From the human T2T-CHM13v2.0 reference genome, Homo sapiens, in the NCBI RefSeq assembly GCF_009914755.1, contig NC_060926.1: a DNA stretch of 64,000 bases; one strand, 5' to 3'. Both the position numbers and the translations under genes were made by a program. Positions 17,573 through 35,939 of the stretch are shown in pieces. Numbering within the stretch: the first letter of the stretch is position 1; every line of letters starts with the position of its first letter. Under the pieces are notes generated by a model. It had not been told where the DNA came from. It did not search any database and saw only the letters and a list, made by a program, of their open reading frames with translations.

Positions 17573-19769
17573 CTGAGAAGTCTACAGTGGCACCTATGCA
17601 GTACAGAACTCTGGCCAAAGATATTCAACCTGCATCTAATCTTGTGTAAGCAATCAGATTAACCCACATATGGGACACTCTACAAGACAACTGTCCTGGA
17701 CTCTTTATCAAAAACTAATTTCACATAAACAAAGAACAACAACAACAATAAAAAGGTGAAAGACTGTTTCAGATGAAAAGAGACTGAAGAGCCATAACAA
17801 CCAAATATCATACATGATCTTGATTGGATCCTGGATAGGAAAAAAAAATCCAGCATTAAAAGCTCTTCCGGGGACAACTGTAGAGATTTGAATACAGATA
17901 GTACACTGGGTGCTATTATGGTTGTGATCATGGTATTGTGGTTTTGTGGGAGAATATCCTTATTAGGAGATGCTGAGATATCTAGAAGTGAAGTGTCAAG
18001 ATGTCAGCAACTTGCTTTCAAATTGCTCAGCAAAATAAAAGTATGTGGAAATATACAAAGACAGAGAGAGACCAACAGAGACAAAGCAATTGTGGCAAAA
18101 TGTTAACAGTTGGAGAATCCAGGGTAAGTTCATTGTACTCTTCTTTGAACTTTTCAGAATGTTTGAAAATTTCAAAATAAAATGTGAGGGGGAGGGGAGG
18201 GAGTTGCAGGGTGGATAGAGAAGGTTGGGATAGAGCTAGCTGCCAGACCCAAACCATCTGCCACCAACACAGGGAGTTTAAAATGGCCCTCTAAATTACA
18301 ATAGACTCATCTTCGTTTTGAAATCTTCCTAGGACGGGTGCAGAGGCTCATGTCTGTAATCCCAGCTACTCAGGAGTCTGAGGCACAAGAATCACTTGAA
18401 CCTGGGAGGCGGAGGTTGGAGTGAGCCTCGATCATGCCACTGCACTCCAGCTGGGGTGACAGAGCAAGACTCTGTCTCAAAAAAAAAAAAAAAAAAAGAA
18501 AAAGAAAAACAGAAATCTTCCTAAAAGGAAGAGAAAGCTATACTACACTTTCCTCGAACCTCAAAGCCCCCACTGCTTATAGAAACTTTGAACCCAGTAC
18601 CCACTGGAAAATAATGAATGGGAAACACACCTGGTAAACACAGTCCAGGTAGAGAGGAAGAGCCTCCCGATGCCCCCAGCCCTGGGTAGGAATCACCAAA
18701 CCCTACCCCCCAGTTACCAGGCCTGTGAAGCCTCTGGCTTGTCCCAGCTTTGCACTCTTATGGGGAGGGGTGGGGAGAGCCCATCTACCACGCCCGTGTG
18801 TCTCCTGTCTTATCATCTAGGACATTCTTACATGGACCTCAGGCACTACTGGGGAAGGCTTTATTCCTTTTCAACACCATCCTCACTCAAAACTGCATTC
18901 CTTCATTCATTTGCTTATTTATTCAATGATTTGGCAAGTATTTATTGAACACCAGTGATGCACGAGGCACTGTTTTAGGAACCAGGGACACGACAAGGAA
19001 TAAGCAGCCGTGGCATCTGTCTTCTGCGGAGCTCACAGGCAAATTGCAACTGTGACAAGTACCACAAAGGGGAGGAACAAGGTGCCCATCAAAGCTGGTG
19101 GCATTTGTGTGACAAGCAGGAAATACAATCAACAGGCTTTGGGGATGGGCTGGGTTTGGCGGACGATGAGAAGGAGTGTCAAGAGACACTCCCAGGGTTC
19201 TGACTAGTATAATTGGACAGGCAGTGGTGTTCTTCACCAGGACATCCTGGAAGAGGCCTGCAGTGGAGAAAGAGGCGACTCACACCCATGCAGGCCACGG
19301 GAGCACAGGTCAGGCACGGAAAGGAGAGGCCTGGGATGTGGTGTGGGTGGGTGGATTGCCTGTGGATTGGTGGTTATGGAAGTTATGTGTAGCAGGGGCC
19401 TGTTTTGCGCCTCCACCAGAAACTTCTGCCACTCCCAGGAGGACCACACAGAAGGTCTTCAGTCTCATGCAATTTCCTTTGATTTTGCTCATCTTTGTGC
19501 TCAGGAGCAGATCTGGGTCGCATCCTATCCCCCAGGTGACAAGGCTCATCTGGCCTGCTAGCCAGGAGGGTGCCTTTCCTTTGCCTCCAAAAGCAAAGTG
19601 GTGGGGGTGGGGGAGGGAACAGCTTGGCAACACAGATACACGTGCACACACACACGCACTCATATGCCTGATCTTTTTCTTTTAGGATTTGCTACCCTAG
19701 AGGTGTCTGATTAGCTTTACAAAGGTTAGAGATCATTTTATTTTGCCCAAATTTAGTCAAGGGAAAGCC

Positions 19770-20706
<937 letters not shown>

Positions 20707-20924
20707 ATTGCCCTGGAAAATGGAACCCTTCCCCCAACTCCCATCCCCCACAGTCTCCTAAAAACAAGACATTTTTGGTACAAGTATATTTTATGTGGAA
20801 CGTATCAACAGGATGGAGTCCCACTTCCAAATGGACACAGGGCAATACGGAGCACAACAGGGCATGTGTGGAAGAAGTGTCCTGGGGGTGCAAACCCTCG
20901 GGAATTAAAAATGGGATTGGGAGG

Positions 20925-21820
<896 letters not shown>

Positions 21821-23047
21821 GTATGAGACTTTCACAGACCATGGGGGACAGGAGGCAGCGGTTAAGCTTTGTTTCTTTCTGACTTGGCAATGGCGCCCTG
21901 TGGTGACAGCCACTCATACTGGAACTGTGCTGAGAAACCCATCCCTCCCTCCAGCTCTCACTGCCGAAGAAAATAGGCATTCTGAGAAATGCTAGTGGGC
22001 CCCAACCCCTTCCTAGCCACGCAAGCGACCCCCTCTTCAGGGCCTATTTCCAAGCCCCCTGCTTTGAGGCCCATGCCGGTCATCCCAGATCCCAGCTGCC
22101 TCACTCTCCATTGAGTCCTATGACCTTGAGCCTTGATTTCACTTGTTCAAACCCCTCATAAGCATTTGCTGGCTGTCCAATGTACTTTGGACCCCAGGCT
22201 TATGAGAAAACTCATTTGGCAATTAATCCTACTCTCACCTTGGACCGGTTCTGCAAAGTCCCAGATTCTTGTGGGGAGAGTGGGCGTTTCAAAAGCGTAG
22301 AGAAGCTAACAAGCCTCTCGTCAAAACCACCCTCAAAGATCACCTATAAACCACCAGAAGCCAGGACCTTGAAGCTCAAAAGCAAAAATCCGCTTGTTAC
22401 CTAGCCTTGCAGGGAGAGGATCCCTGGCCCTGGGGCAGGTCTACTTTGGAGATGAAGGGAGGGAGGGAGGAGGGAAATGGATTTGTTACAGAGATTTCAA
22501 TCTTTTCTTCCTTCACCTCCGGATTTTATAAGTGGCTTTCCTGGACTAAGCCACAGTCATGTGTGTGGCAATCTACTGTATGTTATTCTCTTGGATGAGC
22601 TGCCTTGAGAACAAGGCTCCTGAGGGCAGAAAGAAGCTGCCCTATCTCCCTGTGAGTGGGTCACAGGGTAACCTGTGCAAGGCTGGGCAGGGCAGGTGCT
22701 GGATAAAGTCACTGGGGGAGAGGGGAGGAAGGGGGGGGGAGGTCCACACCTGTGGGTCTCACGACTCAGGCGACCCCTTAAGGGACTGCTGCCACCAAGA
22801 GGAATACTGGGGTGAGCTTTCCCACCTCGCCACCCAGATCCGTTGTCCCCTCTGGGCCACGCGTGTGTCCAAAGCCATGACAGGGACAGACAAAGGCCCA
22901 CACCATGTGGGCCCACACTTGGTTCCGGGGCTGAGTCCTGTGCCCAGCGCCTGACACAGCTCCACGCCCAGCTGGTGCTCATTCAATGCTGAATGCCTCA
23001 GAGAATCTTCAGGCCTGCCATCCTCAGCCAGGGCCTTGAGAGTCCCC

Positions 23048-23525
23048 TTATTAGTCAGGTTTCCCCAGAGAAACAGAACCAATGGGATGTGGACAGGGAG
23101 AGAGAGAGAGGGAGAGACAGAGGAAGAGAGAGAGGTTGATTTTAAGGAACCGGCTCACTGATCGTGGAGGCCAGTAAGCCCACATCTGCAGGGTAGGCCT
23201 GGGCGCTGGGGAACCAGGAAGAGCTGATGCTGCAGTTCTAGTCCCAAAGCCTTCTGCTGACAAATCCCCCCTCTCAGGAATGTTTTTCTTTTCCAAGGTG
23301 AGGAAGAGGTGGGAGGTGAAGGGTGAGGGTCAATCTTTGTCTTCAGGTCTTCAACAGAGGGAGCAGGACCCGCCCACCTGGTGAGGTAATTTGCTTTACT
23401 CAGCACTCATCCACTGATTCAGATGTTACTCTTATCAAAAAATACTTTCCCAGATACATCTAGAATAATGGCTGATCAAATATCTGGGTACCGTGGTCCA
23501 GCCAAATTGATGCATAAAATTATCC
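23048..23525 (-). mobile_element. MLT2 (ERVL) LTR
   Basis: TATTAGTCAGGTTTCCCCAGAGAAACAGAACCAATGGG...CCAGCCAAATTGATGCATAAAATTA. Confidence 0.7.
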
Positions 23526-24379
23526 TCCCACTTCCCCACCCCTGGCCCCTCCAAGGCCCTCCGGGGTTCTCCGGGAGTCTGGCTCTCCATCTCCTCCTCT
23601 TTGCCCTCCGGCTTCCAGGCTGTGCGACCCTGAGGCTCTTCCCTGCCCTGTTCTACCCAAAGGGGCCTCAGGGGCTTGAATTCCTCCTTCTTGGACCTTT
23701 TTCTCTTTCCAGTCAGTGGATCCCATCACTTTGAGGGCTCCTGGAATGACATTTTCCCCAAGAAGCCTCTCCTGTATAAAACTGGGGGTTGTTGGCTGTG
23801 CCCAGAGGATGGGGGTGGCTTCCTTGCCCTCTTCACCCCCCACACCCCTGCCCCCTTCCCCCTGCATCACTGCCGGGCTGGACTGGGGGTGGGGGTTGGG
23901 GGAATATAAGCCCTGGATTGGGCGCCCTTATCTTGCTTTAATTTCCTCTAGAGCTCAGCGCCATGTGAGGTTATAGTAGTGGCCGACCTTGTTTACTCTT
24001 TCCTACCGGAGTATAAGCTCCAGGGGGCAGGGACTTCATCCCCAGAGCCTAGCCCAGGACCTGCACACGGAGGCACTCAGGGTGTTTGTTGATTGAATGA
24101 AAAACGTTCACTGAACACCTCTGTTGTGCCGCACACACTGTGCCAGGGCGTGGACGAAAGCTCAGCTGCCCAGGCCATTGACTATTTCTGAGCATTTCCA
24201 CTCTCACGTTGTACACCCCTCATTTCTCTCTTCCTGGAGGGGCTCCCTACCTGAGCGCGGGAATCATCTTCCTTCCTCTCTCCTGGAGTCTGCCTGACTT
24301 GGTGTCCCAAGACAGGGACTGGGTCCCCTTTGAGCCCCTGGAGGAATGTGAACTGAGCCGATGAGGAGATGCCTCCTGT

Positions 24380-24810
24380 CTACTTGGAGGAAAGGGACCG
24401 GGACACACAGAGGCGCAGGGGGCTGAACCCTCGGTTCCAGCCCCGATAACTCATCCGGAGTCACGCGGTTCCGGGACTTTGCAGAGGAAAGGGGCGCGGG
24501 ATGTGCTTTGGGAATAGAATTCCACCTTTGCACTCGGCTCTGCACCTGTCCTGCCCCCCGGAGATTCCTTGAGTCCACGTGGATCCGAGAGGAGAAGCTG
24601 TTGATCATTTCCTGTCCGCTGAGGCTGTGATCCCCGGGCGACCGGACCGGTAGCCCGGCAGCGCCCTCTGGTGGCCGGTGACGCTCAGCCAGCGCCGGGA
24701 ATCGCCGCCCAGGCCCCAAGGACCAGAATCAGGAGCAGGATCAGGGCCAGGGCCAGGGCCAGGGCCAGGGCCAGGGCCAGCGCGGGAGGCAGATTTATCC
24801 CGGTGCACAC
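24380..24810. promoter_or_regulatory. Small CpG-rich patch with (CAGGGC)n hexamer run at 24742-24780
   Basis: Local CpG enrichment in non-repeat sequence; six GGG tracts. Confidence 0.45.
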
Positions 24811-26261
24811 CTCTAACTTATCCCTCCTACACAAGGCAGGACTCCGGCTTCTTTCCCTTTTCTGTGTATTTCAAAAGGAATGCACATTGAGCATAAAAAA
24901 TATATGTAAACAAAAAGAAGCTCCCAGTCAAAGCTGTGATACTGTGTCCTGGCAGGACCAGCCAGGCCTGGGTCTCAATCCCAGACCTGCCATCTACCAG
25001 CTGACTGAATCTGAACAAGACGCTTAACTCTCCGAGCCACAGTTTCTGCATCTGCAGCCTGGGAATGGTGTGCTCTCCATTGCTGGGTTGTGTATAGATG
25101 ACCTATGTACCCAGCACCTAGGACAGCCCCGACTGATGGGGGCAATTCTTATTAGACACAAAGGAGAATCTGTTAAATGTCCTTCAGTTTCTGCTCAGGT
25201 GTTCCCAGGGGGTGAGAGATGTTCCCAAAGATATAACTGCCTGCCTGATCGCCCAAGCAGAGACTGTATTTCCCAGATTTTCTGGCAGCCAGAGTTGGTC
25301 ACAGGGCTAATTCTGGTCCATGGAATGTGGCTGGAAATGATGTGTCCAACTTCCGAGTCACGCCCTGCAAAGGAGGTTGTTTCCCCTCCATTCTGCTTTT
25401 CCATCCTCCTGCTGGCTTGGAAGTGGACGGTCCTGGATCAGCTGCCCTGGAGAAAGGAAAGGAAGCCACATATTGAGGATGGCAGAGCCTTCCTGACACC
25501 CCAGAACCACTGACATCTGCAGAAATAAATATTCCTAACCCAACGTATCTCTGGATCTCTTTGTTACACCAACTTAGATATAATCGTGGTGTTTCAAGTG
25601 CATGCCCAGGAGTCTTGGTATTCATTCTGAACACCAGCTGACAGAGCTTCTGCCTTTAGTGCCACTTCTTACCTTTAGTGTCTCCCCCCACCCCACCATG
25701 CACAAAAAAAAGCCCCTGCAAGGGCTGGACCCAGGGAACCCTAGGGATGGCTTAACTCCAGCCTGGTCATCCCCTCCCTGAGGTCACACTGAGGCTGGCA
25801 GCCCTGCCATCTGGATCATCCCCTCCCTGAGGTCGCACTGAGACTGGTAGTCCCACCACCTCTCTCTGCTCCTCTCCCCGTTCCATGGCTTCAGTGTGCC
25901 AGGGGCTGATTAAAGGTAGTCCAACGTGTCAGACAGTTAGTACAAGGGTTCTTCAATGACTGTCCGACTGCAGGTTGAACTGACAATGAACAAGACAGCA
26001 CACTAGGGCTCCTTTACCCCAGTCAGGAGGGACAGAGTAGCTCAAATCCATGTTTTGGGAGTCTGGAACCTCTATTCCTTCCTGGTACTCCCCAGTTTAG
26101 GATATGTTGATAAAAGCTGGTTTAGAGAAGGCAAAAAGCAAGCCCCAGCCCCAGGTAGGGCCTCCTACCTCCCCTAGTAATCTCAATCTTGAGACTCCCA
26201 CACTAGGGTAAACCTGTGGAAAGGCCAATTCCTGTATGGTGAAGTTGTCAGGTCTAATTTA

Positions 26262-26778
<517 letters not shown>

Positions 26779-27099
26779 ATCCTGGAGTTTTTAGCGGGAT
26801 TCTAGCTCAGAGTTTTCTGTTTGACACCCTGCTTTTCAGAGTTTTTTATGTTTATATTTTTAAAAATAATTTAGCATAACTTGGTAAAGCTCATTTTAAG
26901 AAAAATAACAAAGGGAACAACTTTCCCCACCGTTGGGTTTCCAGTCTCTGTGACCGTCCTTGTTCCCTCCGTACTGCCTCATCATGACACTCTGCTCACC
27001 CCGCGTGCTGGGCAGCAAACGAGTTCTATGCTTTCTGTCTTGTTTTCCTGAGGACCTTTCCTGGCGTTTTGACAGGCCGCTGGTACCCACAGAAGCCTG

Positions 27100-28660
27100 G
27101 AACTGAGGGGGCCCAAAATCATCTCGGGCAACACCACCCGTTTATATCGTAATAGCGCAAGACTCCGGCGCCCGAATCACCCAGAGAGCCGACTGGCCGA
27201 GCCGGGGCCCAGCCACCCAGGCCGCCACTCTTCGCTGATTCTCAAGAGTTGCGGGTGCAATGAGATCTGGTCCACTGCTTTTTAAATGCCCCGGGTGCAT
27301 AAAAATTCGCCTTACTTAGAGCCTTGGGGACGAAGATTTATCCATGGTATAAAAGGATGCACCTTTTGAAACCACAAAAGTAGAAAATGGAGAAACTGAA
27401 CACAGTCGGCGTTATACCAGCGTCCAACAGCAACTTCCTATATATTAGATTTCCAAGGAATAGCGGGGCGGAGGTGCTTGGCCACGACAGGAAAAGGTAG
27501 GGCTCAGGGGTATTGTGACATGCTCCGGAGAAGGGCAGCTTTTCCCTCCCAACGGAAGCCCGAGCCCAGAGGGGCGAGGGTGTCGGGCCGGACATGGAGC
27601 AGCGGCCTGGGGCCCAGCCCTGCAGGGCACCCCAGGAGAGGAAGGCGGAGGCGCAGCCACAGGCCCCGGCCCAGTCTGTCGAGGGCCACGGCCAGGTGCT
27701 GCTGATCAGCGGGCTCTGGAAGCAGGATGAGGACGGCCTGAGCCTGCAGAGCTTTCCAGGAGACACTGCAGCCGATCAGCTCCCCAGGCCCTCGTCCGCC
27801 CGAGCCATGAGCGGCCACACCAGCGCCAGCAACTGCACCGCACGGCGGTCCAAGCGCTGGGGCGACAGCTCCATGAACTGCGACGACTGCCCGGCCACGA
27901 AGTCCAAGCGCTTCACCAAGAAGTCGCGGCGCTCGGAGCCCAAGGCCGAGGACCCGCGCGAGGCGCCAGGGGCTCCTCCTGGGACCCCCACCTCCGCGGC
28001 AGAGGACACAGCGTCTGCACGCGGGGCACCGCAGCACCCGCCTGAGCGGGGCGCGCAGCTGCTCCTGGTGTTGTGCCGCGCGTCTGCGCTCCTCACGCAG
28101 CTGCTGCGGCTGCAGCTGCTCCTGCAACAGCAGCACGCCCGGGACCGACGTCCGCCCGCCGCGCTCGTGGGGATCGTGGTGCAGCCGCAGCAGGAGGAGG
28201 AGGCCGAGGCGCGCCGCCGCATGGAGGCCCTGCTCAGCCGAGTCCTCGCGCCGCACAGCCCAGCCGTGGAGGTGCACACGGCCGTGTTCTGCCCCGGCCG
28301 CCCCGAGGGCACCCTGGACTTCCAAGCGCGCCGCCAGCAAGTGCACAGGGTCTCCCTGATGGATCGGGAGACGCAGACCGATGGTGAGGGGTCGGCGCGG
28401 GGAGGGGGGAGCCCCGGGGCGGAGAACGCTCAAACACGCAGCCCTGGACCCCGACCCTGCCGCCCCGCGGGGTAGAGGACAAAGCCCCGGAGTCACGGCC
28501 TCTCTCCTGGCGCCTCCAGGAGTTTTGGGTACTGTTTTGGGTGGTAAGGAACTAGAGTTCCTCCCGGTGTGCTCACTGGGGCAATCTCAGCGTCAGAGGT
28601 GTTCGAATTAATTCGGAGGGCTACGACCCCCACTCACTGGCCCCACATGCAACTTGGGGC
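27100..28660. promoter_or_regulatory. CpG island / candidate promoter of the C2orf72-like exon
   Basis: Dense CpG, GC-rich, not repeat-derived; TATATATT at 27439, GC box GGGGCGGAG at 27465. Confidence 0.8.
27594..28383 (+). CDS. Candidate first coding exon of a C2orf72 (DUF4630)-like paralog; 263 codons to a phase-1 donor (unspliced ORF 293 aa, to 28475)
   Basis: Strong Kozak GACATGG; open frame; motifs GQVLLISGLW, LLLVLCRAS, AALVGIVV, MEALL, AVFCPG match C2orf72 as recalled; donor ATG|GTGAGG. Confidence 0.65.
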
Positions 28661-29814
28661 ATCGGTTCCCATGACTTGGGGTCACGCTTTTGTAAGGTAT
28701 TGATTTGGGACTTTGTAGAAACGGGGCCCCACTCCCTCCTCTCCACATCCTCCTCTCCCTTGCTTGCTTCTTTAGTCTTCTCCAGGGAAGAATAATAACA
28801 CTAAAAGCACGCCTTTTGTGAGTCAGGCGCTGTTCTAAGGGCTTTTCACCTGGATCCTCATGGCAACCCTCTCAGGTGGAACTCCGCTAGACTAGCTGGC
28901 CGACTTCAGGATTCTCCTTCGCAACTCTTGAGACCCTTTCTGTTATGGAGACCAGGCCTGTGGCCCACGGGATTAATTTGTCAGTCTAAGGTCCCTGGGC
29001 AGTGAGATCTTGAGGGAGCGCCAAGTCCCGCAACCTACCTGCCAGCTCCACCCTGCCAGGGGCAGCAGGAGGGACTGAGGAAGTGCTCTGTGTGGCAGAG
29101 TCCAAAGGTCAGGTACCCAAGGTCTGCCACTCTCCAGCTGGTGACCAGAGCAGGCATCCTCTCTATGGACCAGTGTCCCTCCTGTGTGACGTGAAGGTGA
29201 AGGGCTGGTTGATGTCCAGGGTGCCATCCAGCTCAGAGAAGTCAGCTTCAGGACAAATGGTGACACACTTATTCTAGGTGCCCAGGAAACCAGAACCATC
29301 AGAGACCTTCTGGGAGGAAATTTTCACCCCATCAAGACCTTATTCTGACTATCTAATTTCCAATTCCCTTCCCCTACCTAGTCTACTGCATTTTCACATG
29401 ACTGGCATCCCTAGTTAGGAAACTCCCTTGCCCATGGACTAGTCCAGCTGTGATCCTCAGCCAAGGCCAGAGAAGTCCCAGTCCATTTTTGAAAACACCC
29501 CCTTGGTGATGAAGCCTTGGAGGTGCCTGATCCCACATGCCCACCTGCCCCCATCACAGCTTCCTGCTGTCGCAGCTTCCTGCTTTCTCTGTCCTAACTT
29601 TACCTTTATTCAGTTCCAGCAGCTTGCATTAAGCCCCTACTCTGGACTGTGGCCTTCTGAGGTTTCCACCATCTGGGGTTGGGGAATGAGAGGGAAGGCA
29701 GAGACAGAAATAATTCTAATGCCGTTCAGAATATGACCAGTCTCATACAAAGAGGTGCCCCGGAGCTCAGCAGCAAGGGAAGGATGGCTTCCAGTTGGAG
29801 ATCTCAAGAAAGGC

Positions 29815-32460
<2,646 letters not shown>

Positions 32461-33117
32461 CGAAGCCCTTTTTATCTGCATAGGTCTGCTCTAAACCTTC
32501 CGCTGGGGCAGGAGCTCCTGCGCTTGCCAGTCCCACACTCACCCACCTGTGACACACTGGCGATGAAAGCAGTCTCCTCAGGTGAACACATTTTATGTTG
32601 CAGTCACAGTATGAGCTTCAGATTGTCTTTTAAAAATACTTTTCCTTCTTCCATCCTAAAACAAAAATCACATTTAATGAGCACATTAAATTAATTAATC
32701 TAGAGAAAGATTCAGTCACCTGTTTAACCCAACCAATTGGGGTTTGGGAGATAGTCTGTGGTTGCCATTGCCATGAGTTTGAGACAAATGTTAGTTTTCT
32801 GAACAGCTGTTATGTTCTCAGGGAAAATTATCTGCCAAATGCAAAGGTTCTTATAAAAGTCAAGTCAACCCCCAAACTCCCCTCCCACAGTGCGGGAGGG
32901 CAGGCTTTGGGGGAAGGGGTAAGCTACTCTGAGATGGTAGCAGGCTCTGGGCCATGGTAAAGCCTTCGAAGAAGCTCCAAATCTTCAGGAAGCTGACCTG
33001 AAGATGAATGCGTGGGGAACATGGATTTTTGAGGTGTAGGAGTAGGGGGTATGTGGAAGCCAGTGACAGAGCTGAGCGTCACATCCAGGGTATCTTAGAG
33101 CAAAACAGGTAGCTCAC

Positions 33118-33310
33118 ATGGACCCAGGAACACGCCAGCAGAGAGGTGTCTGAAGGCAGCGCTCAGGTCGCAGAAGCATGAGGATCTGGCTGTCACCAGC
33201 CCCGTAGCCAGGGCTGTGAGGACCAGGGCAGCCGCTGTCCCCTGCCTAGCCTGGCAGCCTGGGATGAAGGAGGACACCAGGCTGGTGTCTGCAGAGAAGA
33301 CTGTCCCTTG
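33118..33310 (-). ncRNA. SPATA3-AS1: Possible first exon of the head-to-head antisense lncRNA
   Basis: Recalled annotation of a divergent lncRNA; minus-strand CATAAAA at 33338-33344 and donor CAT|GTGAGC at 33118/33117; boundaries inferred. Confidence 0.3.
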
Positions 33311-33311
33311 A

Positions 33312-33881
<570 letters not shown>

Positions 33882-34378
33882 TAGGATAGTGATGCATGGT
33901 TAACGTGTATCCTGGAGCTGTGCTGTAGAGTGGGAAGGTTTTTGTTTTTGTTTCTACCCAAGAGACCAGGATTCCTGGGTTTTGTCATTTCTCATCATCC
34001 TGAGTCTCACTGAAGACAGCCACACATACATATAAACATTTAACTTGGTTCCATAGTAATACTTGCTCACTAGGAATCAGCAGTGCCATGCAACTGCTAA
34101 AAAATAAAAACCAAGGATGCATTTATAGAAGTATATGGTTTAGAATAAGGGAGGTGATGATACTGCTTTATTCTGTCCTCATCAAGCTATCCTTTTGGGC
34201 TGTAAAAGATGCCTGACAAACTAGTCCAAGGAAGATAGTCTGGGTTGATGGAGGATGAGAAGGATCAGGGAGACCATTTAGTGTATGACAGTCAATTGAA
34301 GGAATTGGAGGATGTCTGTCTGTCAAGTGGAAGATGTGAATAGACTTGTTCCTTATTGTCCTCAGAGATCTAAGGGTC

Positions 34379-34722
34379 TGATGTGGTTTGGCTGTGTCCC
34401 CACCCAAATCTCTTCTTGAATTCCCAGGTGTTGTAGGAAGGACCCAGTGGGAAGTGATTGAATCACGGGGGAGGGTCTTTTCCGTGGTGTTCTCGTGATA
34501 GTGAATAAGTTTCATGAGATCTAATGGTTTTAAAAAAGGGAGTTTCCCTGCACAAACTCTCTTCTCTTGTCTGCCGCCATGTGAGATGTGCCTTTCACCT
34601 TCCACCATGATTGTGAGGCCTCCCCAGCCACGTGGAACTGTAAGTTCCACAAACCTCTTTCTTTTGTAAATTGCCTAGTCTCAGATATGTCTTTATCAGC
34701 AGTGTGAAAACAGACAAATACA
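34379..34722 (+). mobile_element. THE1 MaLR solo LTR, followed by a MER33-like fragment (~34730-34870)
   Basis: TGATGTGGTTTGGCTGTGTCCCCACCCAAATCTC...GTGAAAACAGACAAATACA. Confidence 0.88.
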
Positions 34723-35939
34723 GGCCCATGGATAGGATAGCCAGACAAAATACAAGACTCTCAGTTAAATTTTAATTTTAGTAAACAACAAATAATATTT
34801 TTAGTATGTGTGTCCCCAGTATTGCATGGGCATCCTATATTTTTATTTGCTAAATTAGCAATCTTACCCATGGAAGACATTAGTGACAGAAAGCCTTCGG
34901 CTCAACATAAAAAACTTCCCAACAATTAGCTCTGTCTGAAAATGGAATGGCTGTCAGGAAAAGTGGTTCCCTGTCTTCTTGGGAGCCAAACAGTGTCTGT
35001 ATAAGCATTGGATTGTGTAGAGGGAATTCAAGTGGAGTTCAGGAGGTGGGCTGGTTTATACTACTAACAATAATGGTGATAGCAAACTAACATTATCACT
35101 AAGCATTTACTGTGTACCTAGCATTCAGATCAGGTGTCTTAATTTTCACACGTGATAATCCTATAAAAGTTCTTCCATATTATCTCCATTTTATAGATGG
35201 GGAAACTGAGGCTCATAGGAGTCAAACAGGTTGCTCCTGAGCAGACGCTGGTAGCCCTGAGAAGGGAAACCCACTCTATTCTGACTCCAGAACCCTCACT
35301 TTAAACCACAGCACTGACCTTTCCATTCCAAGAGGCCTAGGAGTCTCCACAAGAGGAAGAACATCTCTGTCCGAGCATCTCCTGGATCTGCCATGAGCCA
35401 GTGCCCACGACTCCATAGCCTTGAACAGGCCACACTCCCTGGGCCACAGTTTACCCCCCGGGATTGTGTGGGCATAAAATAAATAAGTGATGGAGATGAG
35501 AGTGCTAAATATAAGGCATGCCATGCCAATGATCCTTCCATGGCCAGGAATCAAACCTTTCTTGACATATGATATTGATTTTGAGCACCATACTATATGT
35601 TGTAAAGATTGTGATCATCAGCCAGTGAGAGAAACATTTCTGGGTTATGATCTTCAGAACTGGCATCTTCAGTACTGGTAGAAAGCAAGACTTTCCATTC
35701 CCAAGTCTTTTAATGAACACATGTGACTCATACTCAGAGAAGAATTTGGCCCATTGAACAGGCAAAGCAAGAAAGCAAGAAATGGTGGTGGCTCGCCAGT
35801 GGTTACAGCAGACACCCTATACTTCTTCCAAAGGAATTCTCTGCGTAGAAAGGAATGTTGGAGATGAAGGATGAGGGCCTGCAAGTAAAGCGTGCCATTT
35901 TCTAAAATCCAAGCCTTTTTGTGTGCAGAAATATTGTAG

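Noticed and set aside
25767-25860. Two-copy ~49-bp tandem duplication (similar ones at 21655-21753 and 39120-39190)
   Set aside because: Ordinary slippage duplications with no functional signal
27504-28496. 330-aa minus-strand ORF
   Set aside because: Antisense shadow of a GC-rich coding exon; no recognisable domain
28786-28817. 32-nt micro-exon (CTCCAG|GGAAG...TTT|GTGAGT) after the C2orf72-like exon
   Set aside because: Ends in phase 0, matching no downstream open frame; overlaps MIR-like sequence
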